The notes below the pieces were generated by a model. The model had not been told where the DNA came from. It saw only the letters and a program-made list of their open reading frames with translations, and ran no database searches. Below are positions 38,241 through 48,519 of a stretch of 64,000 bases of DNA, one piece after another (the first letter of the stretch is position 1; every line of letters begins with the position of its first letter). A program made the position numbers and the translations under genes. The DNA comes from Candidatus Cloacimonadota bacterium (GTDB lineage: Bacteria > Muiribacteriota > UBA6191): the NCBI GenBank assembly GCA_019454875.1, contig JACFNL010000006.1, positions 5,349 through 69,348 of the forward strand, written 5' to 3'.

Positions 38241-38855
38241 ATGTTACTGGAAGTCCATCCTACTCACCCTCAAAAACGGCTTATCGAAAGAATTATCTCT
38301 GTACTGGAGAAAGACGGGGTAATTGTTTACCCAACAGATACCTGCTATGCCATTGGCTGTTCGATTTTTTCCAAAAAGGCAGTGGAGAGAATTTACAAGA
38401 TCAAAAGGTATCCAGTCAGCAAGGCTTTAAGTATTGTATGTACGAGCATCTCAGACATATCCAATTATGCCAAAATATCGGATATGGCCTATCGCAACAT
38501 GAAACGGCTTCTGCCTGGGCCCTATACCTTTATTCTGAGTGCAACCAAGGAAGTTCCTAAAACAATTTCTGAGGGCAAGAGGCGAGAAGTTGGTATCCGT
38601 ATACCGGACAATGCTATCTGTCAGGCTATTGTGGAGGCTTTAGGACATCCTTTGCTTTCTGCAGGTGCAGGACACGAAGACGAACTGGATTCAGCCACGA
38701 TTCCCTACCTGATAGAAGATGAAATAGGCAAACAGGTGGACATTGTGATTGATGGGGGAGTGCTGGGCAACGATTTTTCGACCGTCGTCAGTCTCGTTGA
38801 TGATGAGGTAACCATAGTGAGACAGGGCAAGGGTAAGGTAGATTTTCTGGGATGA
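38241..38855 (+). CDS. Sua5/YciO/YrdC family protein (YciO-like)
   Basis: HPTHPQKR, VYPTDTCYAIGC, LPGPYTFIL, GIRIPD, STVVSL. Confidence 0.9.
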   Translation: MLLEVHPTHPQKRLIERIISVLEKDGVIVYPTDTCYAIGCSIFSKKAVERIYKIKRYPVSKALSIVCTSISDISNYAKISDMAYRNMKRLLPGPYTFILSATKEVPKTISEGKRREVGIRIPDNAICQAIVEALGHPLLSAGAGHEDELDSATIPYLIEDEIGKQVDIVIDGGVLGNDFSTVVSLVDDEVTIVRQGKGKVDFLG

Positions 38856-39220
38856 AGCAGTTTGGAATTGTTTCTGGCCGTTTGCAGGCCCCCTGTTTTA
38901 GAAACTGGCCCGTATTAGGCAATGTCACACTGCTTGAAGGGTACTGGGTTTTTTGTTTTGATCTTCCCCGTGGGTTTAACTGGCAGTCTTACCGCAATCC
39001 CCGAACATTTTTAGGCTGTTTTCTGGCTGAAATACAGGGGATTGAATGTCTTATCGCACCTGAGAGTGCAAAAAAGGCTGTGCACTTTAATCTCTTGTCT
39101 CAAGACTGCTCCCCTATGTTTCCTATTAAATTTCCCGGTCTGTATTATGCGTTGAGACGGGAATTTAAGCTTCAAAAATCCCTTCTAAAAAGTCAACAGC
39201 CCCAGGATTCAGAATCATAA
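38852..39220 (+). CDS. Hypothetical protein (doubtful)
   Basis: ATGA-coupled to the upstream gene and fills a ~310-nt gap; overlaps the next gene by 56 nt. Confidence 0.35.
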   Translation: MKQFGIVSGRLQAPCFRNWPVLGNVTLLEGYWVFCFDLPRGFNWQSYRNPRTFLGCFLAEIQGIECLIAPESAKKAVHFNLLSQDCSPMFPIKFPGLYYALRREFKLQKSLLKSQQPQDSES

Positions 39221-40493
39221 TTTCTGCTCCCAGATGTTTTTCCAGATCGGTTACACCCAAATCATCCAAAAAAACAGGAGTATCAAATTTTAGACAGTTG
39301 GATGGCAAAAGATAACGATCGGCTGTGCCAGGTTTCACCTGTTTTAGAATATCACTTCCTACCATCAGGCCAGATACAGTCACACTGTTCCCAAAGTGCT
39401 GGTTTTCAATTTCCAGAATTTGAATTTTTTGCCTGTGGCTGGGATTCATAACAGGTAAAATATACTCTTTAAACATATAAGCCCCATCTTTTCCGGTGAT
39501 CACACCTACACTTTTCCCTGGGGCTGTATCCTGTGGGTCATAGTTTTCCGAGAAGGAGTCCACAAACTGACGAATTCCTCCAATACCATTTTCCAGAAGC
39601 TGGAAATCTGCATAATGTTCTTTACTGGGAACGGGCATTTCCGCTTTTAAGTAAAATTCGTCAGCGATCTGCATAAAAGGATGGCCGTAGTCCAAAATAA
39701 ATGCCTTCTGGTATTTTTCTATCATAGCGATGGTTTCTCTGGCCTGGGCTACAGTATGAACCTGCATGTTTTTTAATCGGGACTGGTATTGGGTAAGTCC
39801 TACGGGCACAATACCTAAGGCCTTCACTCCAGGATAGAGTTTCACCAGATCGTTCATGGTCTGTTCCAGAATCGGCCCTTCATTTAATCCAGGACAGATT
39901 ACAGCCTGTGTATAAACTTCGATTCCATTTTGGATAAGGTAGGATATTCTATCAATAATGTCTTCAGCCTTGGGGTTTCGCAAAAGCTCTCGTCTGGCTT
40001 CAAGATCGGTGGCATGAACACTGACATACAAAGGAGAGAGGTTATACTCAATAATCTTCTGGTAATCAAACTCTTTAAGCCCTGCCAGGGTGACATAGTT
40101 TCCATATAAAAAACTCAGTCTGTAGTCGTCATCTTTTACATAAAGTGAACGACGCATCTTTTTGGGTAGCTGGTAAATAAAACAGAAGTCACAGTTGTTC
40201 TGACAACGACGGATCTGATCAAAGAGAACATCATCAAACTCAACACCAAGGTCTTCATCGTATTCTTTCTCACACTCAAGCGAAAAGGTTTCTTCCTCGC
40301 GGCGAACTTCAAGAACTATGGATTCCTCGGCAATCTGGAAGCGATAGTCCAGAATATCCAGAAGCTCCACCCCATTGATATGGGTGATTATATCCCCGAC
40401 CTTAAGACCAAGATTTTTGGCAAGGGAGTCATGAAGAAGGGAGGCAATAATGCCTCCCTTGATTTTCTGTTTATCTACCCGGTTGGATTGCAT
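39165..40493 (-). CDS. PDZ + radical-SAM-like DUF512 protein
   Basis: N-terminal PDZ, CQNNCDFC, YVKDDDYRLSF, QLLENGIG. Confidence 0.9.
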   Translation of the reverse strand: MQSNRVDKQKIKGGIIASLLHDSLAKNLGLKVGDIITHINGVELLDILDYRFQIAEESIVLEVRREEETFSLECEKEYDEDLGVEFDDVLFDQIRRCQNNCDFCFIYQLPKKMRRSLYVKDDDYRLSFLYGNYVTLAGLKEFDYQKIIEYNLSPLYVSVHATDLEARRELLRNPKAEDIIDRISYLIQNGIEVYTQAVICPGLNEGPILEQTMNDLVKLYPGVKALGIVPVGLTQYQSRLKNMQVHTVAQARETIAMIEKYQKAFILDYGHPFMQIADEFYLKAEMPVPSKEHYADFQLLENGIGGIRQFVDSFSENYDPQDTAPGKSVGVITGKDGAYMFKEYILPVMNPSHRQKIQILEIENQHFGNSVTVSGLMVGSDILKQVKPGTADRYLLPSNCLKFDTPVFLDDLGVTDLEKHLGAEIMILNPGAVDFLEGIFEA

Positions 40494-41057
40494 TTATGCA
40501 CGGGACAGATACTCGCCCGTGCGGGTATCTATCTTTAAAAGCTCATCATTTTCAATAAACAGGGGCACTTGAACCTCATACCCGGTTTCAAGCTTGGCTG
40601 TCTTCATAGCACCACCAGAAACAGTGTTACCTTTAACCCCAGGTTCTGTATAGGAAACCTTCAGATTTACGGTTACTGGCAGATTGACAGTCAAAGGTTT
40701 TTCTCCGTGAAACAGTACGCTGACATCCATATTGTCCAGCATGAAATTTTTACTCTCGGCCACTAGCTCAGGAGTCAGGGTAAACTGCTCATAACTGGCA
40801 TTATCCATGAAGTGAAAGCCCTCGGAATCAGAATATAAAAACTGAACGGCCTTTTCTTCCAGAATGACTCTTTCAATTGTATCTTCAGTGCGGAACCGTT
40901 TTTCAAAGGTGGAGCCAGTGTCCATATTGCGCATTTTCACCTGAGCAAATGCCCCGCCTTTTCCAGGCTTTACGGTGTAAAAATCAATGACCTGATGCAA
41001 TACATTATCCATCAATACTACATTGCCCTTTGCAATGTTATTCATCTTCACTTTCAT
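40494..41057 (-). CDS. efp: Elongation factor P
   Basis: VKPGKGGAF, PGVKGNT, VPLFI, IDTRTGEYLSRA. Confidence 0.97.
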   Translation of the reverse strand: MKVKMNNIAKGNVVLMDNVLHQVIDFYTVKPGKGGAFAQVKMRNMDTGSTFEKRFRTEDTIERVILEEKAVQFLYSDSEGFHFMDNASYEQFTLTPELVAESKNFMLDNMDVSVLFHGEKPLTVNLPVTVNLKVSYTEPGVKGNTVSGGAMKTAKLETGYEVQVPLFIENDELLKIDTRTGEYLSRA

Positions 41058-41165
41058 GGGAAATCCTTACTCCAATTTTTGTCGTTGCCAAAACCGGCCC
41101 AGTATTATATCACTTTGGCTATCTCGAACCAGAATTTAATCGAAGAGACCTGGTGATAATTGTTA

Positions 41166-41558
41166 CTACTCCGCAAAAAGCTGGACGGCCTGTTTGTGAA
41201 AGTAGTTCAGAACCAGATTTCGCAGTTCCATCAGGTCGCAGTCTGATTTGGCGAGAAAGTCTTCGATGCCAAGGTTGTTAAAGGTGCGGATGTAATTTTC
41301 CTGAACATGGGCCGTGAGAACAAAGATGCCTACCTTGTCATTTAAGGTTCGGATTTTTTTCAAAAATTCTACGCCATTCATTTCGGGCATGTGAATGTCG
41401 GTAAAAATCAGATCGTAAGAGTCTGACTGGAATCGTTCCAGGGCTAAAACACCATTTTCGGCCACATGGACAATGACATTGGGCAGGGCTTGAAGTGCAT
41501 CACAAAGCAGTTGTGCAAACAGTCTTTCATCTTCAACAATCAAGATTTTTTTTTCCAT
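41166..41558 (-). CDS. Single-domain (CheY-like) response regulator
   Basis: ILIVEDE, TDIHMPEMNG, LTAH, FLAK. Confidence 0.92.
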   Translation of the reverse strand: MEKKILIVEDERLFAQLLCDALQALPNVIVHVAENGVLALERFQSDSYDLIFTDIHMPEMNGVEFLKKIRTLNDKVGIFVLTAHVQENYIRTFNNLGIEDFLAKSDCDLMELRNLVLNYFHKQAVQLFAE

Positions 41559-41617
41559 ATCTCCATCATAAGCAAGAAGTTTGGGTTAAGGCAATGTTAC
41601 CTTAAACATTTCCCATC

Positions 41618-41645
41618 TAAATCCGTTATACGGTAGTGCCGATAT
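41618..41645 (+). promoter_or_regulatory. Putative sigma28/SigD-type promoter
   Basis: TAAA-N16-GCCGATAT, 7 nt before ATG 41653. Confidence 0.6.
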
Positions 41646-41652
41646 CGTGAGT

Positions 41653-42294
41653 ATGACGGTTTTATCTCAAACAAGAGTAGAAAGCGAAGAGGCTCATTTT
41701 CGGAATAATCCCGCGCCTCTTTTAAAGACCTATCAGCTTAAGCATAGCCGTCCTGCCCAGAACCTGGATTTACATAATTATCAGACCTGGCTGTTTGGGA
41801 TGCTGGAAAGATTTCAGAAGTTAAGAAATGCTTATACTGCCAACGGTATCCGTATCAAGGAAGCCTGGGGATTTTTGTATTTTAAGTGCCTCCTGTTAAA
41901 TACGGCTGATTTTGTTCTGGCCCAGAAGAATCGGCAATCTCCCCTGAGTCGGGTTCAGATATTATCGCTACTGGCTCTGTTGAAGCAGAATACTACTTTA
42001 AGGTATTACCTTCAGGGTGCCAAACTTTCCCTACTGATTGATTCCAGTGATGCTTTAAGTGATGCGGAGCTGTTTTATCTGACCCGCACCCCCTGCACTG
42101 ATGATGAGGAACCGCCTAAACCATTGTTGTTAGGCACTTATCATGAGACTCTATTGGAAGATTTGATTGCGAGTATGAGGCAGGAGCTTCGTTCGCATAT
42201 CAACCAGAAAGCCAGAACCAAGGTTCAGGCTGTAGCAGCCGTAGGTTGTATTCTGGTTTTGCCCGTAATGGGCTGGCTGATGCAGATTCCCTAA
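41653..42294 (+). CDS. Hypothetical protein with C-terminal TM anchor
   Basis: ~213-aa ORF ending in a hydrophobic helix; alternative GTG start at 41647. Confidence 0.6.
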   Translation: MTVLSQTRVESEEAHFRNNPAPLLKTYQLKHSRPAQNLDLHNYQTWLFGMLERFQKLRNAYTANGIRIKEAWGFLYFKCLLLNTADFVLAQKNRQSPLSRVQILSLLALLKQNTTLRYYLQGAKLSLLIDSSDALSDAELFYLTRTPCTDDEEPPKPLLLGTYHETLLEDLIASMRQELRSHINQKARTKVQAVAAVGCILVLPVMGWLMQIP

Positions 42295-42298
42295 CCAG

Positions 42299-43462
42299 AT
42301 GAAAAACTCAAGAATTGCTGGCTTGATTTCACTGGCCTGGTTCTGGTTGGGGCTGAATTATTGTGTGTTTATGATTTTTGTCCCCCTGTCCTTCCCCCAG
42401 GATGACAATGCGTTAAAAAGCGTTTCCTGGTTTATAGGCATCCCGGCAGTTTTTGCTATTTTGGGCCAGAATTATTTTGGGTACATCTGTCTTAAAAAGG
42501 ACAGGTTTCGTTTTCTGATGGTGTTAAGCTTCGTTTCTTTTGTGATTCTTTGGGTTATCAAGGCCATGGGGGTTTCCAACACCTGGCTTTATCCATATCT
42601 TGCAATCCATGGGTTTTTGGTAATGGCCATGATTCCCTCCAGTAAGGCTCTTATCACAATTCTATTTCCTGAAGAAAAGGCCCAGATGATAGGAAGGCTT
42701 TATAGCTTTGAATCGATTGGTATTGCCATAAGTTCCGTGGGGATTGGGCTGCTTCTTGAAAAAAACGCAGCCGATCCTCTGGCTTATCAGAAGCTCTATG
42801 GAGTAATGGCCATCGCCAACATTGTGTTTATACCTGTTTATTGGCTTATGTTTCCTAAACGAATGAGTCACTTAAAATGGGATATTTTATCAGCCCGGGC
42901 ACCGGGAGCGATTCTAAGAATTTTTAATACGCCAGGAATCAGGCATCTTTATTGTTATCTGGTATTAGTAAGCTGTGGCAGTTCTTTTTATTTTTTTTAC
43001 TTTGGCCGTTACTTAAAAAACATTCTGTCCGGCACAGAAACCCAGGTAGGGCTATCCATGACCCTAGCCACACTGTTTGGAGCATTGTCCTATCCACTAT
43101 ACGGAAAATTTATGCAGGTTTATGGCTCTTATCGAGGGCTATTACTTTGCGTAATCAGCTATGTTCTGTGTTTTTTGTCTTTGCATTTTGTGACCGATCC
43201 GAATCTGTATCTGATCATCTATGCCCTGCCGCTTTATCCTTTGATGACCGTGGCTTCCAATCTGTTTTTAGCCAATCACACCACAGAACAGGACCGTGGA
43301 GTGGGTTTTGGGCTTTTGGACACTGCCTTTCAAACCAGCGGTATACTGGCCCCATTGCTTGGAGTTCTGATATTTTCCTTTGCAAGCCTGAATCAGCTGG
43401 CTTTGATTTCGATTGTTATTCTGGCTCCGGCAGTGTTTTTTTTAAAGGGTTTAAAAACTTAA
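42299..43462 (+). CDS. MFS transporter
   Basis: ~12 hydrophobic helices, DRGVGFG motif. Confidence 0.85.
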   Translation: MKNSRIAGLISLAWFWLGLNYCVFMIFVPLSFPQDDNALKSVSWFIGIPAVFAILGQNYFGYICLKKDRFRFLMVLSFVSFVILWVIKAMGVSNTWLYPYLAIHGFLVMAMIPSSKALITILFPEEKAQMIGRLYSFESIGIAISSVGIGLLLEKNAADPLAYQKLYGVMAIANIVFIPVYWLMFPKRMSHLKWDILSARAPGAILRIFNTPGIRHLYCYLVLVSCGSSFYFFYFGRYLKNILSGTETQVGLSMTLATLFGALSYPLYGKFMQVYGSYRGLLLCVISYVLCFLSLHFVTDPNLYLIIYALPLYPLMTVASNLFLANHTTEQDRGVGFGLLDTAFQTSGILAPLLGVLIFSFASLNQLALISIVILAPAVFFLKGLKT

Positions 43463-44586
43463 ATTTCCTCATCTCCAGCAGGTTGTCCATCCCACTGCAA
43501 GTAGGATAAGATAAAGTCTTCCAGATCCCCGTCCAGAACCTTATCGGTTGAAGAGGTGGAGCATCCGGTTCTGTGGTCTTTGACAAGCTGGTAAGGGTGC
43601 AGGACATAAGAACGAATCTGTGAGCCCCAGCCAATATCCATTTTGATGCCCATGGCTTTTTCTCTTTCTTCCTGCTTTCTCTTGATTTCAAGCTGCATCA
43701 GGCGGGATTTAAGAACTTTCATGGCCATTGCCTTGTTCATAATTTGAGACTTTTCATTTTGACAGGAGACGACCAAACCGGATGGGTAGTGGGTCAATCG
43801 CACAGCAGAATAAGTCGTGTTCACAGACTGTCCACCGGCCCCTGAAGAACAGAAGGTGTCTACCCTCAGATCCTTGTCCAGAATTTCAATATTGATCTCT
43901 TCATCAACCTCGGGAGCAACTTCTACGCTGGCAAAAGATGTGTGACGGCGGGCTGAGGAATCAAACGGTGAGATACGGACCAGACGATGTACTCCCATTT
44001 CAGACCTTAAGTACCCATAGGCATAATCTCCCTCGATCAAAAGGGTTACAGACTTGATTCCAGCAACTTCTCCAGGTAGAAAATCAAGTTCCTTGGCCTT
44101 AAATCCATACTGTTCTGCCCAGCGCAGATACATACGGTGAAGAATGGAGGCCCAGTCACAGCTCTCAGTTCCCCCGGCCCCAGGATGGATAGTGAGAATT
44201 GCTGAATTGATGTCCATTTCCCCATTCAAAAGAAATTTCAGATTGGCCTTTTTGAGAAGATCCTGAAACTCCGTATGATTTTTGATAATCTCAGGAATCA
44301 GGCTGGAATCAGATTCACTTTGATATAGCTCAATAGCAAACAAAAGATCTTCATGGGATTTGGAAAGGCCAAGATACTGGTTCAAGTCCTTTTTTTTCTG
44401 ATGCAGTTCCTTGTTGATCTGGTTCATACGGGAAGGGTTCTGAAACACATCTGGATCGGAGAACTGTGCCTCTAACCCGGCCACCTCTTTTTTTAGCTTG
44501 GTCGGGTTAATAATAGACTCAATTGATTTGAATGTTTCGAACTGTTCACTTAGTTCGTGGGCAATCTGTTCCACGACATCACTCAT
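43459..44586 (-). CDS. prfB: Peptide chain release factor 2 (no programmed frameshift)
   Basis: GAGGTES, LVRISPFD (SPF), GAGGQ; single continuous ORF. Confidence 0.97.
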   Translation of the reverse strand: MSDVVEQIAHELSEQFETFKSIESIINPTKLKKEVAGLEAQFSDPDVFQNPSRMNQINKELHQKKKDLNQYLGLSKSHEDLLFAIELYQSESDSSLIPEIIKNHTEFQDLLKKANLKFLLNGEMDINSAILTIHPGAGGTESCDWASILHRMYLRWAEQYGFKAKELDFLPGEVAGIKSVTLLIEGDYAYGYLRSEMGVHRLVRISPFDSSARRHTSFASVEVAPEVDEEINIEILDKDLRVDTFCSSGAGGQSVNTTYSAVRLTHYPSGLVVSCQNEKSQIMNKAMAMKVLKSRLMQLEIKRKQEEREKAMGIKMDIGWGSQIRSYVLHPYQLVKDHRTGCSTSSTDKVLDGDLEDFILSYLQWDGQPAGDEEI

Positions 44587-44610
44587 AGGTATTCCTTATC
44601 CAATTTTTAA

Positions 44611-47163
44611 TTATGCCCCGTGGCAGCGTTTGTATTTTTTGCCACTACCACAGGGGCAGGGGTCATTGCGTCCAATATCAAGAGCCTGTGCTGGCCTGGC
44701 CTTGGCTTCCTTATTCTGTTGTAACTCCTCAATCTCTTCTTCAGTTGAGGAGTAGATCAGTTCTTTGGGGGCTTCGGGTACAGGAATCTCCTGTTTAGGA
44801 TTAAAATCGAGCTTGAACAAAAGAGAGATGGTTTCTTCGCGGATACGGCGAATCATCTCGTTAAACAGATCGGTTGCCTCAAGTTTATATTCCACCAGAG
44901 GATCTTTCTGTCCGTAACCTCTTAAACCGATTCCTTCTTTTAAGGCATCCATAGTATTCAGGTGCTCACGCCATGTCATATCCACAGTCTGCAAAAGAAT
45001 GGCTTTTTCAATATGTCGAAGAAAGCCAGACCCTAGAACCTGCTCCCGATTGGAGTACTGCTGTTTCAGAGAATCTATAATCTGTTTTCTAAGGGCCCCA
45101 GGTTCCATACCACGGGCTCCTTCTGGCAGAGGATGATTGAACTTTTCACGAATCTGCACCTCAAGTTCATCAAAATCCCAGCTTTCCTTGGGCACATCTT
45201 TATGTACGGTATCCTGAAGAATTCTTTCTACAGTGCGCTCAAGCATGTGCTGGATATCTTCGGAAACATCTTCTACCTTAAGAGCCTTTTGTCTTTGCTG
45301 ATAGACAATTTTTCTATGGTCATTCATGACATTGTCATATTTAAGAATATGTTTTCTGGCTTCAAAATGCATGGTTTCAACGCGTTTCTGTGCTCTTTCA
45401 ATCGCCTTGGTCACCATATTGGAGTCAATCGTCTCTCCGTATTCCCATCCCATAAAATTCATGAGGTTGGTCATTCTTTCGCCCCCGAAGATGCGCATTA
45501 AATCATCCTCGAGTGAGAGATAAAACACAGAAGTACCAATGTCTCCCTGCCTTCCTGCACGACCTCTGAGCTGATTATCGATCCGGCGGGACTCGTGGCG
45601 TTCTGAGCCGATAATGTATAGGCCACCTAAATCGGTAACACCTTCTCCTAGTTTAATGTCAGTACCCCGTCCTGCCATATTGGTGGCAATGGTTATTGCT
45701 CCTTTCTGTCCAGCTAAGGAAACAATCTCCGCTTCCCTTTCATGGTGTTTGGCATTCAGAACCTGATGAGGGATGTTTTCCCGGCTCAACATCATGGACA
45801 GCATTTCTGACCGTTCAATGGAGATGGTTCCAATCAGCAGGGGTTGACCAGTCAGATTCAGTTCCTTGGCCTTGGCAAGGATCGCTTCGTATTTTTCTTT
45901 CTGGGATTTGTAGATCCTGTCAGGCAGATCAATTCTGGTTACCTTGCGGTTGGTGGGAATGGCAATCACATCCAGATCATAAATCTCGGCAAATTCGTTG
46001 GCCTCAGTCAGGGCCGTTCCTGTCATACCGGCCAATCGCTGGTAAAGCCGGAAAAAATTCTGAAAGGTAATTGAGGCCAGGGTTATGGATTCGGTTGCCA
46101 CTGGCACACCTTCTTTGGCCTCAATTGCACCGTGAAGTCCATCACTGTAGCGGCGGCCAGGCATCAGACGGCCCGTAAACTCATCAATAATAATCACTTC
46201 TCCATTCTGAACAACATATTGCTGATCCCGGTGAAACAGGTTTTCAGCCTTTAAAGAAGCTTCCAGATGGTGAAGAAGTTTGAGATTTTCAGGGGCATAA
46301 AGGTTTTCAACCCCAATAATTTTTTCCGCCGCTGCAATGCCCTCATCACTCAGATACACACTATGGGCTTTTTCATCGACGGTAAAGTCCTTATCCTTTT
46401 TCAAAAGTTTGACCCAGCGGGACATTTTCAGGTATAGGTCTGTGGATTTTTCGGCTGGCCCGGAGATGATCAGAGGGGTTCTGGCCTCATCTACCAAGAC
46501 AGAATCGACCTCGTCAATTACACAGTAATTTAATCTTTGCACAATATCTTCAGGGTGGGTGGCCATGTTGTCCCTGAGATAATCAAAGCCAAACTCGTTG
46601 TTGGTACCGTAGGTTATGTCACAAAGATAGGCTTCCCTTTTTTCCTGCGAGTTCTGTCCATGGTGAATCAGCCCTACGCTAAGTCCTAAAAATCTATGTA
46701 CCTGTCCCATCCATTCCGAGTCACGGCGGGCCAGATATTCATTGACAGTGACCACATGAACCCCACGGCCCATAAGACCATGAAGATAAGTCGGAAGGGT
46801 AGATACCAGGGTTTTACCTTCCCCGGTTTTCATCTCCGCAATATTGCCACGAAACAGAACAATTCCCCCGATAATCTGGCAGTTGTAATGCCTCTCCCCC
46901 AAAACCCTTCTGGCAGTTTCCCGAACTGTGGCAAAAGCCTCGGGTAAAACCATTTCCAGGGCTTCAAAATACTCAACCCCATGATCCAGCTGTTCCTGTA
47001 CCATGGCCCGCAATTTTGGAGTCTGAGCTTTCAGGCCCTCGTCATCCAGAGATTTTAATCTGGATTCAAAGGTATCTACCTCGTCAGCTATCAGCTGCAT
47101 TTTGCGAATCTGTCTTTCATTGTAGCGGGCTGGAAGAAAAGTTTTAAGTGCTTTTAAAATCAT
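44611..47163 (-). CDS. secA: Preprotein translocase ATPase SecA
   Basis: [50 protein letters not shown]. Confidence 0.98.
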   Translation of the reverse strand: MILKALKTFLPARYNERQIRKMQLIADEVDTFESRLKSLDDEGLKAQTPKLRAMVQEQLDHGVEYFEALEMVLPEAFATVRETARRVLGERHYNCQIIGGIVLFRGNIAEMKTGEGKTLVSTLPTYLHGLMGRGVHVVTVNEYLARRDSEWMGQVHRFLGLSVGLIHHGQNSQEKREAYLCDITYGTNNEFGFDYLRDNMATHPEDIVQRLNYCVIDEVDSVLVDEARTPLIISGPAEKSTDLYLKMSRWVKLLKKDKDFTVDEKAHSVYLSDEGIAAAEKIIGVENLYAPENLKLLHHLEASLKAENLFHRDQQYVVQNGEVIIIDEFTGRLMPGRRYSDGLHGAIEAKEGVPVATESITLASITFQNFFRLYQRLAGMTGTALTEANEFAEIYDLDVIAIPTNRKVTRIDLPDRIYKSQKEKYEAILAKAKELNLTGQPLLIGTISIERSEMLSMMLSRENIPHQVLNAKHHEREAEIVSLAGQKGAITIATNMAGRGTDIKLGEGVTDLGGLYIIGSERHESRRIDNQLRGRAGRQGDIGTSVFYLSLEDDLMRIFGGERMTNLMNFMGWEYGETIDSNMVTKAIERAQKRVETMHFEARKHILKYDNVMNDHRKIVYQQRQKALKVEDVSEDIQHMLERTVERILQDTVHKDVPKESWDFDELEVQIREKFNHPLPEGARGMEPGALRKQIIDSLKQQYSNREQVLGSGFLRHIEKAILLQTVDMTWREHLNTMDALKEGIGLRGYGQKDPLVEYKLEATDLFNEMIRRIREETISLLFKLDFNPKQEIPVPEAPKELIYSSTEEEIEELQQNKEAKARPAQALDIGRNDPCPCGSGKKYKRCHGA

Positions 47164-47218
47164 GGAATCTGTTCCTTGTTCTGGGAGAGGGATTTTCAGC
47201 TATCCGTTGAAATCCGTG

Positions 47219-47266
47219 AAAACAAAAGGCGAGGAACCCGCGCACTTCTACGCTAGCACCTCGCCT
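47219..47266 (-). terminator. Intrinsic terminator after hpf
   Basis: AGGCGAGG...CCTCGCCT stem followed by TTTGTTTT on the minus strand. Confidence 0.65.
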
Positions 47267-47279
47267 AAGATTCAGTTGT

Positions 47280-47858
47280 TCACTTGTTTGGTTCAATCAG
47301 GCCAATGTTACCATCGTTTCTACGATATACAACATTCACATCCCCGGTAGAAGCATTGTTAAACACAATAAACTCCTGTTGCAGATACTGAAGCTGTTCG
47401 GCTGCTTCATCAGTAAACATGGGTTTGGTGAAAAATGTGTTGGAGCGAATGATTTTAGGACTGACATTCAGCTCTTCTTCCACATGCACTTCTTCAAACT
47501 CAGGAGCAACCACTAAGTGCTTGAAGTGGAAGTCACGATGTTTGTGCTTACGGTTGGGTTTGGTTTTTAACTTGTCCTTGTATTTGGAAGTCTGTTTCTG
47601 AAGTTTGTCCACAATCAAATCAATGGCTGCGTACATGTCAGGATGGGAACTGGATGCTCTAAAATTGATTCCCGTAGCCCAGATTGTAACTTCAGCTGTG
47701 TGAAGAATTCCCTGGCTTTTGGTTTTATCTACAGATAAGGTCACCTCAATTTCCTGGAGCTGTTCTACATAGGAATGAATGGAATCCATTTTCTTTTCCA
47801 CAAACTCTTTAATAGAAGGTGTCAATTCGATGTTTCTGCCTGTAATGATGACTTTCAT
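47280..47858 (-). CDS. hpf: Long ribosome hibernation-promoting factor
   Basis: ITGRNIELT, DMYAAID, C-terminal KPM..EA..QL...F.VF.N...NVVYRR.DGNIGLIEP. Confidence 0.95.
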   Translation of the reverse strand: MKVIITGRNIELTPSIKEFVEKKMDSIHSYVEQLQEIEVTLSVDKTKSQGILHTAEVTIWATGINFRASSSHPDMYAAIDLIVDKLQKQTSKYKDKLKTKPNRKHKHRDFHFKHLVVAPEFEEVHVEEELNVSPKIIRSNTFFTKPMFTDEAAEQLQYLQQEFIVFNNASTGDVNVVYRRNDGNIGLIEPNK

Positions 47859-47952
47859 AAGTACCTCCTGTGGCGACCACTAGTCTTTTGTGTACATTTT
47901 ACTCTTGAAGATAAGGGCTTTGCAAAGCATAAAATATGTATATACTGCAGGA

Positions 47953-48519
47953 ATGTTTTTTGTTGAAGATGTTATGCTAAGTGATGCAATTCGGTACACC
48001 CGTTTTGGCTGCCGTCTTATGACATGCAAAGGTAAATGCTGTGAGGAGGGGGATAGTGGTGCTCCTCTTACCGAACTTGAAGCCCAGACAATTGAAGCAA
48101 TCCTGCCAATTGTGGCTTCAGAGCTAGAGCCGTCTGGATTGCAGGTGGCGAGCAGGCGGGCAGTGGTTCGTGAACAAGGCAGGCCACATACCCCGTTAGT
48201 TGGGGAAGCTGGGCCATGCGCCTATCTGATTCCTGGTGAAGGCTCGGTTAAAATCTGTGCCTTTGAAAAACTTTTTAAAGAGGGAAAAATCGGATTTTTG
48301 AAACCCGTTTCCTGCCATTTGTTTCCACTGATTTTTAAAGAAACCATGTTTTATCGCTCATTATCTTTGCAGACCAGGGAATCCTGCATGTCTTCTTATG
48401 GAGCAGCCGGGCCTCATATTGTAGAATTTTTGAAAGAACCCCTGATTCGTCAGTTTGGGGAAGATTGGGTAAAAAAATTGTTTCTTGAGCTTAACTTAAC
48501 CTTTGAATCAGACTCCTGA
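47953..48519 (+). CDS. DUF3109 family Cys-rich protein
   Basis: CKGKCCEEGDSGAPL, CAY, CAFE, KPVSCHLFP; start reassigned to ATG 47953. Confidence 0.85.
   Translation: MFFVEDVMLSDAIRYTRFGCRLMTCKGKCCEEGDSGAPLTELEAQTIEAILPIVASELEPSGLQVASRRAVVREQGRPHTPLVGEAGPCAYLIPGEGSVKICAFEKLFKEGKIGFLKPVSCHLFPLIFKETMFYRSLSLQTRESCMSSYGAAGPHIVEFLKEPLIRQFGEDWVKKLFLELNLTFESDS

Noticed and set aside
38241-38855. Calling the gene tsaC/sua5
   Set aside because: The KxR and SxN motifs are altered (IKRYP, SAGAG), fitting the YciO-like paralog, so no symbol was assigned
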